DNA of 10,340 bases from Sandaracinaceae bacterium (GCA_044220955.1 JBGAQA010000158.1:1-10340), one strand, 5' to 3'. Positions 1 through 8,013 are shown, counted from the first letter of the stretch. The notes: generated from the sequence alone by a model not told the origin. Numbers and translations: made by a program.

Positions 1-1411
1 CCCTGGGCACCAGGACCTGACGGCGGCTGAAGGCCAGTAGCTGCTTGGTGAGGTCCGCGGCCCGCTCGCCGGCCCGGCGGATCTCCTCGAGGTCGGCGCG
101 CAAGGGGTCCGCCTCGCGGAGCCCCTCGAGCGCGAAGTCGGCGTAGCTCAAGATCACCGCGAGCAGGTTGTTGAAGTCGTGCGCGACGCCGCCCGCGAGC
201 CGCCCGACAGCCTCCATCCGCTGCGAGGCCAGCACGCGCTCCTGCAGCTTCTCGTGCTCCTCTTCCAGGCGCTTGCGCTCGGTGATGTCGCGCTGGATCG
301 CCAGGAAGCCGGCGATCTCACCGCGGTCGTCGAGGTAGGGGCTGACGGTCTCCTCGATGAAGACCGCGCGACCGTCGGCCGTGCGATTGACGAGCTCGCC
401 GCGGAAGAGCCGCCCCTCGAGGACGGACTCCCAGAACGTCCGGTAGACCTCCGCGCCCTGCTCCCCGCTCTTGAGGATGCGCGGCGTCACCACGCCGACG
501 ACGCGCTCCTGAGGGTGTCCGTAGAGGTCGGTGAATCGCGAATTGATCGAGGTGATGATCCCGTCGCGATCGGTCATGAAGACGACGTCGCCGGAGGCGT
601 TGACGGCCGCCGAGAGGTCACGGAGCGACTTCTCCGCGCGCCGGCGCTCCGTGACGTCGATGCCCACGCCGATGAGGCAGGTCACCCCGTTCAGCTTCGT
701 GCGCACGCCCGTGAAGTAGTGAGGGATGCGCGCGCCGCCCTTGGTGATGAACGAGGCCTCGGCGTCGGCGCTGCCCTTGGCGAAGACGAGGCCGATGCGC
801 TCGGCGATGAGCTCCTCGTCGCGGCCGTCGAAGAAGTCCAGCGGATGCATGGACGCGATCTCCGAGGGCGAGTAGCCGCTGACCTGCTCGAAGTTCCGGT
901 TCCAGCGCAAGAAGCGACCACCTTCGTCGATGACGTAGAAGATGGCCGGAAAGCTGTCGATGATCGCCTCGGAGAGTGCCTTCTCGACCCTCGCCTGCTC
1001 GCCGAGGAGCGCGCCCTGCGCACGCAGCTCCGTCACGACGCGCTCGCGCGCCGCGTCCGCGAGCGAGAGCCTCCGCGCTCGCAGGAGTCCTCCGGCGCGC
1101 AGGCGCAGCTCGAGGCCGTCGACGGGCGGCACGAGCAGCTCGTCGGGGAGCTCCTGCGGCTCCACGCCTGCCGCGGCCTCCCTCGACGCGACGAGGAGCA
1201 CCGGAAGGAACGTCGGCTGCGCGGCCGCCCTCCACGCTCGGATGCGTTCTCGGAGGCGGGTCCGGGCAGTCGCATCGACGACGCAGAGATCGAAGTCCTC
1301 CGCCGGTGCGTCGTCGGCTCGGGCGGCGATGACGGTGCAGTCGGGCCCCAGCAGGGCCGCCACCCTGCCCCGCTCCACCTCGTCGTCCATCAGCACGAGG
1401 ACGCGATTCAT
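1..1411 (-). CDS. PAS-domain sensor histidine kinase (receiver-like - PAS - PAS - HisKA), truncated by the window edge
   Basis: Hand translation from ATG 1411 (GGAGG upstream) is open to position 2: MNRVLVLMDDEVERGRV..FDLCVVD.., PAS1 (IIDSFPAIFYVIDEGGRFLRWNRNFEQVSGYS..GIDVTERRRAE), PAS2 (DVVFMTDRDGIITSINSRFTDLYG..IQRDITERKRLE), H-box QRMEAVGRLAGGVAHDFNNLLAVILSY..LTKQLLAFSRRQ. It is missing from the ORF track because there is no stop in the window. Confidence 0.95.
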   Translation of the reverse strand, partial: MNRVLVLMDDEVERGRVAALLGPDCTVIAARADDAPAEDFDLCVVDATARTRLRERIRAWRAAAQPTFLPVLLVASREAAAGVEPQELPDELLVPPVDGLELRLRAGGLLRARRLSLADAARERVVTELRAQGALLGEQARVEKALSEAIIDSFPAIFYVIDEGGRFLRWNRNFEQVSGYSPSEIASMHPLDFFDGRDEELIAERIGLVFAKGSADAEASFITKGGARIPHYFTGVRTKLNGVTCLIGVGIDVTERRRAEKSLRDLSAAVNASGDVVFMTDRDGIITSINSRFTDLYGHPQERVVGVVTPRILKSGEQGAEVYRTFWESVLEGRLFRGELVNRTADGRAVFIEETVSPYLDDRGEIAGFLAIQRDITERKRLEEEHEKLQERVLASQRMEAVGRLAGGVAHDFNNLLAVILSYADFALEGLREADPLRADLEEIRRAGERAADLTKQLLAFSRRQVLVPR

Positions 1412-1496
1412 GCTCTACCCTCCAGCGTGCGCCCCTGGCGCGTCGAGGCGCAAGAGGCGCGTCTCTCGCGTACGCCCCCGCGCTCGTGCGGCGACG

Positions 1497-1564
1497 CCGC
1501 GGGCGGCCCGTAGGCAGGCGCTCGGAGCCGCGGCTGGAGCGAATCGAGCGCCGGGAGCCCGCGG
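1497..1564. repeat. Nested imperfect inverted repeat in the divergent intergenic region
   Basis: CCGCGGGC(1497-1504)/GCCCGCGG(1557-1564) encloses GGCGCTCG(1517-1524)/CGAGCGCC(1545-1552) and the palindrome AGCCGCGGCT(1526-1535). Confidence 0.45.
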
Positions 1565-1568
1565 GGAC

Positions 1569-1604
1569 GTGCAGTGCGCTGCACAGGCGTGCGCTCGCGT
1601 GCAC
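1569..1604. promoter_or_regulatory. Tandem palindromic GTGC-N8-GCAC sites, candidate upstream activator sequence
   Basis: GTGCAGTGCGCTGCAC(1569-1584) and GTGCGCTCGCGTGCAC(1589-1604) repeat with a 20-bp period, about 75-110 bp upstream of the predicted sigma54 start site. Confidence 0.45.
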
Positions 1605-1653
1605 GCAGCGCGGGGAGCGACATCGAGGAAGCGCGAGAAACCGCGAGAACCGT

Positions 1654-1670
1654 CCGGCACGAGCGCTGCT
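1654..1670 (+). promoter_or_regulatory. sigma54 (-24/-12) promoter candidate
   Basis: CCGGCACGAGCGCTGCT: GG(1656-57)-N10-GC(1668-69), versus consensus YTGGCACG-N4-TTGCW. Predicted TSS ~1681 lies just before SD AAGGAG(1685-1690). Confidence 0.7.
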
Positions 1671-1697
1671 GGGAGCCGCCACCGAAGGAGTCCGATC

Positions 1698-2234
1698 ATG
1701 CGCCACACCGAAGACAAGACACTCCCACGACGCGCCCGGCGGGTGCTGACGCTCGCGATGGTCGTGGGGCTCGGGACCGCCTGCGCCGGCGATCACCCGC
1801 TCGCCGGGACGTGGCGGCAGGCCCACGGCGTGACCGCGCTGCCGCCCTCCCTCGGCGGCGACCTCGACGTCGACGCGACGCTCGTGCTCGACGGACGCGC
1901 CATGCCGGCGACGTTCGACCTGGACCTGCTGCTCTCGTACGAGACCCTCTCCGACGAGGTGCACGTGCGCGGCACCTACGTCGCGACGGGCAGCGACCTC
2001 GCGCTCACGTTCGACGACTTCCTGATCGACCCTCTGTCCGGCAACACCTCGTCGATCGCGGCGGACGGCTCGCGGTGCATCGTGCTCACCGGGTTCGGCG
2101 GGAGCGGCGTCTGCTTCCCGTCGCCCCAGACGCACGCGTACACGCTCGACGGCGACACGCTCTCCATCGTGCTCGACAACGCCATCGCCGGCGCGCCCGT
2201 GTCGCAGACGCGCCTGGCCTTCACCAGGCAGTGA
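1698..2234 (+). CDS. Hypothetical lipoprotein, 178 aa, predicted beta-barrel (lipocalin-like)
   Basis: AAGGAG RBS then ATG 1698 (the track ORF 942..2234 is over-extended). Basic n-region, hydrophobic h-region, atypical lipobox LGTA-C29, then an LAGTW motif and amphipathic strands (VRGTYVATGSDLALTF; HAYTLDGDTLSIVL). Confidence 0.8.
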   Translation: MRHTEDKTLPRRARRVLTLAMVVGLGTACAGDHPLAGTWRQAHGVTALPPSLGGDLDVDATLVLDGRAMPATFDLDLLLSYETLSDEVHVRGTYVATGSDLALTFDDFLIDPLSGNTSSIAADGSRCIVLTGFGGSGVCFPSPQTHAYTLDGDTLSIVLDNAIAGAPVSQTRLAFTRQ

Positions 2235-2243
2235 CGGAGCGAG

Positions 2244-3611
2244 ATGCACATGCGCGTCAGTCGCCGTCGCTTCCTCGGATCTGCCGCCGCCGGGTCGACC
2301 GCCTACCTCGCCGGATGCGGCGGCCCCGCGGGGGCGTCCCTGCTCGACGCGGGCTCGCCCTGCCCGCTTCCGGCCGCGGCGACGCCACCGGCGCTCGACT
2401 ACCCGGCGCCGAGCTACTTCGACCAGATCTCGGCCGATCTCGACGCCGCGGGGATCGGCACGCCCGTCGTCCTGGTCGACATGGATCGCGTGGACGCGAA
2501 CATCGACGCGATCGTCGCCGCGATCCCGCCCGGCTCGCGCTATCGCATCGTGGAGAAGTCGCTCCCCTCGCTCGATCTGCTCTCGTACGTCTCGCGGCGC
2601 AGCCGGAGCGACCATTTCCTCGTGCTCCACCTGCCGTTTCTCGCGCCGCTCCTGACGGCGTTCCCGAGCGCGGAGGTGCTCGTGGGCAAGGCGCACGTGA
2701 CGAGCGCGGTCGAGAGCTTCCTCGCGGCCCAGCCGGCGACGGAGCTCCCCGCCATCGCGGCGCGCGTGATCTTCGTCGCCGACGGAGCCGCGCGCCTCTC
2801 CGAGCTCGCGGCGCTCGCCACGCGGCTCGGGGTGACGCTTCGGCTCGTGATCGAGCTCGACGTGGGTCTGCGGCGGAGCGGCATCACGACGACCGACGAG
2901 CTGACGGCGATGCTCACGATGCTTCGCGACGCGACGAGCGTCGAGCTCGCGGGCTTGCTCGGCTACGACGGACACGTCGCGTTCACGCCCGGCGGAACGC
3001 TCGCTGCCGTGACCGCGGCGTGGACCGAGGCGACGGCGATCTACCGGTCGTTCGTGGACGTGCTGCAGACGCAGTTCTCCGACCTGTTGACGCCGGACCT
3101 GATCTTCAACAGCGGTGGCAGCTCGACGTTCCCGATGTACGGGACGCCGGGGACCACGCCGGTGAACGACGTCGCGGCCGGCGGCGGCGTGCTGCGCCCC
3201 GGCGACTACCCCGACCACGTGATCTCGGCGCTCCAGCCGGCCATCTTCATCGCGACGCCCGTGCTCCGGCAGTTCGCGATGCCGCGACTGCCGTTCTTCA
3301 GCGAGGCGCAGAGCGCGCGACTCTTCGCCGGCGTCCAGGGGCTGACGATCCACGGCGGTGGCTGGCCGGCGCTCTGGACCCATCCCCGCGGAATCCAGCC
3401 GGCGCCCTTCGTCTCCGACGCGGCCGACCCGGCGATGGTGCCCAACCAGGGCATGGTCATCGCGCCCGGGGACACGCCGATCGAGCCGGGGGATTGGGTG
3501 TTCTACCACCCGCGTCAGAGCGACGCGCTCTTCCAGTTCGAGCAGATCCACCTGGTGCGCGGCGCTCGTCTGCGAGGCGAGACGATGGCCGCCTATCCGC
3601 GCCGCTACTGA
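2244..3611 (+). CDS. Tat-lipoprotein, fold-type III PLP-dependent enzyme (alanine racemase / DSD1 / D-threonine aldolase-like)
   Basis: SRRRFLG twin-arginine motif and LAG-C25 lipobox. TPVVLVDMDRVDANI, YRIVEK105SLPS (PLP lysine), IELDVGLRRSG, GLLGYDGH, NSGGSST. It lies 9 bp after the previous stop; an alternative start is ATG 2250. Confidence 0.88.
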   Translation: MHMRVSRRRFLGSAAAGSTAYLAGCGGPAGASLLDAGSPCPLPAAATPPALDYPAPSYFDQISADLDAAGIGTPVVLVDMDRVDANIDAIVAAIPPGSRYRIVEKSLPSLDLLSYVSRRSRSDHFLVLHLPFLAPLLTAFPSAEVLVGKAHVTSAVESFLAAQPATELPAIAARVIFVADGAARLSELAALATRLGVTLRLVIELDVGLRRSGITTTDELTAMLTMLRDATSVELAGLLGYDGHVAFTPGGTLAAVTAAWTEATAIYRSFVDVLQTQFSDLLTPDLIFNSGGSSTFPMYGTPGTTPVNDVAAGGGVLRPGDYPDHVISALQPAIFIATPVLRQFAMPRLPFFSEAQSARLFAGVQGLTIHGGGWPALWTHPRGIQPAPFVSDAADPAMVPNQGMVIAPGDTPIEPGDWVFYHPRQSDALFQFEQIHLVRGARLRGETMAAYPRRY

Positions 3612-3771
3612 GGGCGGTCGGCGACGGAGCCGAGCGGAGCGAGCACGCCGCACGTGAGCGCGATTTCGCACGCGCCGCGCGCCGACCAGCGCCCGACGCC
3701 CCGTCGAATCGACGCCTCCGGACGCGGCGAGCCCACGAAACGCGCACCTACCCGCCAGATCGGTGTGTTAT

Positions 3772-3789
3772 CGGGGACTTGGATCCCCG
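3772..3789 (-). terminator. Short hairpin between convergent genes, possible terminator
   Basis: CGGGGA-CTTGGA-TCCCCG lies ~15 bp beyond the stop of the 555-aa gene. There is no U-tract on either side. Confidence 0.3.
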
Positions 3790-3803
3790 TGGAGTGACCC
3801 CGC

Positions 3804-5471
3804 TCAGCGGGCGACGCAGGCGGAGCCGTAGATGGTGCGCGAGCTGGCGCTGGCGATCGCACGGCAGGCCATGCCGGTCGGGCAGCCGCTGTCGTCCGTG
3901 CAGGCCGCGGTGCAGACGCGCGGGGCGCCGGCGCGCGGGCGGATGCAGAGGTTGCCGAGGTCGCCGCAGTCGGCGTTCGCGCTGCACGCCTGGCCGATCA
4001 TCTCGCGGTCGGCGTAGGGGTGCAGCGAGGGGTCGTCGTCGACGCCGTGGATGCCGTACATCGTGTGGAAGCCGTAGCTCGAGGCGCCATCGAGGCGCGT
4101 GAGGAGCGAGCGCACGGTGCGCGGTCGGTGGTGGCCGCGGCTGTCGCGCTCGGTGAGGTGCGAGAGGAACGCCTGCACCGTCTCGGGGCTCGACGCGTTC
4201 GAGAAGCTGGTCGTCGTGAGCACGTCGAGGTCGTGCAGGTCACGGTGCGCGGGGTTCTGCGAGAACGCGGCGCCGATCTGGTACGTGTCGCAGCCCTCGG
4301 CGACGACGATCTGGTAGCGGTTCGCCATCGGGACGCTGACCATGTCGGTGTCGTCGAGGTCGCCCTCGTCGGTGCGGCGCCAGTTGGCGAGCGCGAAGCC
4401 GTAGAAGGGGCCCGAGTGGCCCGAGTACACGATGACGTCGCGCGTGGCGAGCGAGGTGTGCGCGTCGGCCTCGAGCTGGCGGCCGCCCGCGTCGGTGTCC
4501 GGGTCGGTGTCACCGCCCGCGTGCCCGTAGAACAGGCGCACCTCGACGCGGACGTCGCGCCCGTTCGCGCGGATCGTGCGCGTGTACGCGCCGCTCGTGC
4601 GGTTCAGGTCCTCGAAGCGCGTGACCGGCGCACGGAAGCCCTGCGCGCGGAGCCAGTCGTGCATCTCGCGGGCGTGGGTGACGTGGTAGCCCGCGTGGTA
4701 GTCCCAGCCGAAGTGGATGTCGACGTCGAGCACGCCGTCGGCGAAGAGGCGGTTGTAGTCGAACCACACGTCGTGCGACGCCGTCTCGGGGCGGATGGTC
4801 ACCTGGAGGTCGCGCCGCAGCGACGCAGCCACGGTCGTCGGGTTCCAGTCGGTCCACGGCGCGCTGCGATACCACTCGTGGTTGGTCTCGAGCTGCGCCA
4901 TCTGCTCGTTCGTCGGCAGGCCGACGGTGAGCGTGAACGTGCGCGCGCCGCCCGTTCCGGCCGTCGTGTGCAGGAGCGTCATGAGGTTCGTGCGACCGGC
5001 GACGAGCTGCTCGAAGTCGAAGCGGTAGGTGAGCGAGCCGGTGCTTTCCGGGCGGATGTTGGCCGACTCGTAGTCGCCCGCCTTGGCCATCGCGCCGAAG
5101 CCGCCGTACGCGTGGTTGGCCTCTTCCTCTTCCTTGTCGACGAGGTACTGGTTGAGGAACCAGGCGAGGGCCGTCTGGCGGAGGCCCACGAGCTGGCGGG
5201 CGCGGGCGAGGCGGTCCGCTGCCGAGCGGGACTGGTAGCTCGACTCGAGCGTGACGGTGTCCGAGCCCGCGATGACGAACTCCGAGGCGCTCGCCGAGAA
5301 GAAGTCGTCGGCCTTGCCCTCCGGCACGACCTCGCCGTCCTCGACGAACTCCTCGCCGCGGCCGAGGTCGGCGGTGGCGGTGGAGGGCTCCTGCGCGCAC
5401 CCGGCGAGGGCGGCGAGGCTGAGCGAACCGAGGGCTACGAGGGCGAGGCTGCGTGCGTCGGTGGTCGGCAT
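3804..5471 (-). CDS. Lipoprotein, 555 aa, with putative caspase/gingipain-fold (clan CD-like) domain and C-terminal Cys-rich module
   Basis: Lipobox LAG-C25; EGKAD motif typical of myxobacterial lipoproteins; DVIVYSGH352SG and YQIVVAEGC394DT; 8-Cys tail CSANADC..C..CTAACTDDSGCPTGMAC..C. Confidence 0.85.
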   Translation of the reverse strand: MPTTDARSLALVALGSLSLAALAGCAQEPSTATADLGRGEEFVEDGEVVPEGKADDFFSASASEFVIAGSDTVTLESSYQSRSAADRLARARQLVGLRQTALAWFLNQYLVDKEEEEANHAYGGFGAMAKAGDYESANIRPESTGSLTYRFDFEQLVAGRTNLMTLLHTTAGTGGARTFTLTVGLPTNEQMAQLETNHEWYRSAPWTDWNPTTVAASLRRDLQVTIRPETASHDVWFDYNRLFADGVLDVDIHFGWDYHAGYHVTHAREMHDWLRAQGFRAPVTRFEDLNRTSGAYTRTIRANGRDVRVEVRLFYGHAGGDTDPDTDAGGRQLEADAHTSLATRDVIVYSGHSGPFYGFALANWRRTDEGDLDDTDMVSVPMANRYQIVVAEGCDTYQIGAAFSQNPAHRDLHDLDVLTTTSFSNASSPETVQAFLSHLTERDSRGHHRPRTVRSLLTRLDGASSYGFHTMYGIHGVDDDPSLHPYADREMIGQACSANADCGDLGNLCIRPRAGAPRVCTAACTDDSGCPTGMACRAIASASSRTIYGSACVAR

Positions 5472-5483
5472 GCGCGGCGTCTT

Positions 5484-5500
5484 CGCAACGCGTGTGCCGA
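5484..5500 (-). promoter_or_regulatory. sigma54 (-24/-12) promoter candidate, near-leaderless
   Basis: The minus strand reads TCGGCACACGCGTTGCG: GG(5498-97)-N10-GC(5486-85). Predicted TSS ~5473, ATG at 5471, no SD. Confidence 0.7.
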
Positions 5501-5503
5501 CAT

Positions 5504-5521
5504 GTGGGACGGCGTGGGACG
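5504..5521. repeat. GTGGGACG direct repeat, 10-bp period
   Basis: Exact 8-mer at 5504-5511 and 5514-5521, abutting the -24 box. Confidence 0.55.
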
Positions 5522-5632
5522 CGTCATTTCGCCCTGGAATGCGTGAGCCGCGCGCCGGGTGGCGGCTCCGGTGGCCAGCGCCCCGGCGAGCCGGAGGTCA
5601 GCCGTCCCCGGGTTGTTACGGTCCGCCCCCGC

Positions 5633-6616
5633 TCACCAGGCGAGCACGATCTTCCCGAACGTCGCGTTCGACTCGAGCAGCGCGTGAGCGCGGCCGACCT
5701 CGGTCATCGGCAGGATCTGCTCGACGACGGGGACGAGCGTCTTGTCCTCGAAGAGCGGCACGAGCTCGCGACCGAAGCCCTCCGCGAGCGCGCGCTTCTC
5801 CGAGGCCCCGCGCGTGCGCAGGACGCTGCCGATCACGCGGCCGCGCTTACCCAGCAGGATCCCGAGCGGCATCGTGCCGCTCACGCCGCCGACCAGGCCG
5901 ATGACGACCATCGTGCCGCGCGGAGCGAGCGCGCGGACGTTGTCCTCGAGGTACGCGGCGCCGACGGTGTCGAGGATCACGTCGGCCATCGCGCCGCCCG
6001 TGAGCTCGGAGACCTTCGCGGCGAACGCGTTGTCCTGCTCCACGACGATGCCGTCGCGCAGACCGAGCGCTGCGCATCGCTCGAGCTTGCTCGGCGTGCG
6101 CGAGGTCCCGAGGACGCGCGCGCCGAACGCGCTCGCGAGCTGGATCGCGGCGGTGCCGATGCCGCTCCCGATCGCGTGGACCAGGAGCGTCTGACCACGG
6201 CGCAGGCCCGCCTGGACCCAGACGGCGTCCCAGACGGTCGCGAAGACCTCGGGGACCGCGGCGGCCTCGACGAGCGAGAGCGGCTCCGGCACGGGCATCG
6301 TCTCGGCGTCGGGCACCACCAGCTCGGTCGACATCGCGCCGCCGGGCACCAGGCCCATCACGCGCTCGCCGACGCGGGCACGCGCGACGCCCTCGCCTGC
6401 CTCGACGATCGTGCCCGCGTACTCGAGCCCCGGCACGTCGGCGACGGTGCCGGGCGGCGCGGGATAGAGGCCGCGCCGCTGGAGCAGATCGGCGCGGTTG
6501 AGCCCGGCGGCCGCGACCTCGACCCGCACCTGGCCCTCCCTGAGAGGCGGCGTGGGGCGCTCCTCGATGGCGAGCACGTCGGGGCCACCGGCACCGCGAA
6601 TCGCGACGACCTTCAT
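5633..6616 (-). CDS. NAD(P)H-quinone oxidoreductase, PIG3/zeta-crystallin (MDR) family
   Basis: VAAAGLNRADLLQRRGLYPAPPG, PGLEYAG, AAAVPEVFATVW, LLVHAIGSGIGTAAIQLA, GSVLRTR, C-terminal AHALLESNATFGKIVL. Confidence 0.95.
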   Translation of the reverse strand: MKVVAIRGAGGPDVLAIEERPTPPLREGQVRVEVAAAGLNRADLLQRRGLYPAPPGTVADVPGLEYAGTIVEAGEGVARARVGERVMGLVPGGAMSTELVVPDAETMPVPEPLSLVEAAAVPEVFATVWDAVWVQAGLRRGQTLLVHAIGSGIGTAAIQLASAFGARVLGTSRTPSKLERCAALGLRDGIVVEQDNAFAAKVSELTGGAMADVILDTVGAAYLEDNVRALAPRGTMVVIGLVGGVSGTMPLGILLGKRGRVIGSVLRTRGASEKRALAEGFGRELVPLFEDKTLVPVVEQILPMTEVGRAHALLESNATFGKIVLAW

Positions 6617-6622
6617 CCAGCC

Positions 6623-6628
6623 AGGATA
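6623..6628 (-). promoter_or_regulatory. -10 element of a putative leaderless promoter
   Basis: The minus strand reads GGG-TATCCT-GGCTGG-ATG: TANNNT 6 nt before the start codon, with no strong SD. Confidence 0.5.
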
Positions 6629-6665
6629 CCCGGTCTCGCGCTCGCGCCTGCCCGCGCCCTCGCGC

Positions 6666-7961
6666 TCACTCGACGGCCGCCGCCGCCGCCGCGACTCGCC
6701 GCCGATGCCGCCGCGCGCGCGCCTCCGCTTCGGGGTCGTGCCCGAGCAGCAGCCCCGCCATGATGCGCGAGGGGTCCTCGAGGTCGTGCGTGTGCAGCTC
6801 GAGGTGCAGGTGCGCCGCCGAGCGGTGCATGCCCGTGCGCCCCACGGTGCCGACGAGATCGCCGCGGTGGACCGTCTGCCCGTGCACCATCGCGACCGTC
6901 TCGAGGTGCATGTAGCAGCTGCGCGGCGTGCCCTCGGCCGGCGCGCCGTGCCAGATGCACACGTAGCGGCCGCCCGCGCCGAGCGACGCGCGCGGGTAGG
7001 CCTCGTAGCCGCTCGGGCGCTCGACCTGAACGTGAGCGACGTGCCCGGGCAGATCGACGCCCGCGAAGCCCACGACTCCGTCGGCGACGGCGCGGACCGG
7101 CTCGCCCGGCAGCGCGTCGACGTCGATGCCCCGGTGCTCGCGCACGCCGTCCTCGCGCTCCTCGCCGAGCCAGCTCAGGATCACGCGTGGGCAGCCGTCG
7201 AGCGGGCAGCCGAGCGCGACGCCGTTCCAGTCGACCGTCTGGGAGGGCACGCGGGCCCCCACGTACTCGAGCAGCCGGCGGCGATCGATGAGGATGCGCT
7301 CCTCCTCCCAGTCGCTGCGGACGCGATCGCCCCAGACGAAGTGCGAGAGGTAGTGGCGATGCGCCTCCTGCGCGAACTCGGCGTCCACCGTCTCGTGCTG
7401 GTCGCGCCACATGCGCAAGAGAGCGGCGGCCCAGTAGATGTTGGGCTCCGCCGAGAGCAAGCGCGTCGGCCCGAACGGGAAGCGCTCCGCAGCGATCGTG
7501 CGCTCGACGAGCGAGCCCGCGTCCCGCACGCGGTAGTGGATCGCCCCGTCGTGCACGTCGGGCGTGTAGAGGTCGCGCGGGATCTGCGTGAGCCCGAGGC
7601 CGGGCCCTTCCACGGAGTCGGCGTCTGCCTCGCAGCGGCTCTCGCGGTAGACGAGCGCCGCCAGGACGAAGGGATCGACCCCCATCTCCGCGGCGTACGA
7701 GCGGATCGCGTCGGCCCAGGGGCGCTCTCGATCGGCGCGCCAGCTCGCGCAGAGCGTGTGCAGCCCCGTCGCGAAGCGGTCCCCGTCCACCGCGCGCGGC
7801 GCCGCCGGCTCGGCGGGCCACTCCTCGGTCGGGACACGCGCCGCGAGCACCGCGTTCGGGCTGCGACCGGTGCGACGCCGCGCGCGCCAGGGCCCGCGCG
7901 CCTGCCCGGTCAGGGCCAGCCCGATGGACAGCAGCGCGAGCGCGAGCGCCAGGCGACGCAT
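6666..7961 (-). CDS. Secreted SLT-type lytic transglycosylase-like domain fused to M23 metallopeptidase
   Basis: Signal peptide MRRLALALALLSIGLALTGQA. SLT motifs GVDPFVLAALVYRE107S, GLGLTQI, LLSAEPNIYWAAALL. M23 motifs H276RGID280, PVRAVADGVV, YMHL, VHRGDLVGTVGRTG, H384LH386LE. Confidence 0.9.
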   Translation of the reverse strand: MRRLALALALLSIGLALTGQARGPWRARRRTGRSPNAVLAARVPTEEWPAEPAAPRAVDGDRFATGLHTLCASWRADRERPWADAIRSYAAEMGVDPFVLAALVYRESRCEADADSVEGPGLGLTQIPRDLYTPDVHDGAIHYRVRDAGSLVERTIAAERFPFGPTRLLSAEPNIYWAAALLRMWRDQHETVDAEFAQEAHRHYLSHFVWGDRVRSDWEEERILIDRRRLLEYVGARVPSQTVDWNGVALGCPLDGCPRVILSWLGEEREDGVREHRGIDVDALPGEPVRAVADGVVGFAGVDLPGHVAHVQVERPSGYEAYPRASLGAGGRYVCIWHGAPAEGTPRSCYMHLETVAMVHGQTVHRGDLVGTVGRTGMHRSAAHLHLELHTHDLEDPSRIMAGLLLGHDPEAEARARRHRRRVAAAAAAVE

Positions 7962-8013
7962 CCCCTCGACCCTCTCGCCCCTCGGGGCCCCTCGTCAAGA
8001 ATGCGCGCGGCCG

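Noticed and set aside
1448..1466. Fourth sigma54 site for the kinase (minus AGAGACGCGCCTCTTGCG)
   Set aside because: It has TTGC but GA instead of the essential GG at -24.
618..3671. 1017-aa minus ORF (also 1574..4102 +, 179..1513 +)
   Set aside because: Shadow frames of the kinase and PLP-enzyme genes with no domain motifs, mostly Arg/Ala/Gly-rich; expected from stop-codon scarcity at high GC.
7993..7998. TTGACG -35 hexamer (minus) upstream of the SLT-M23 gene
   Set aside because: No plausible -10 at 16-18 bp spacing.
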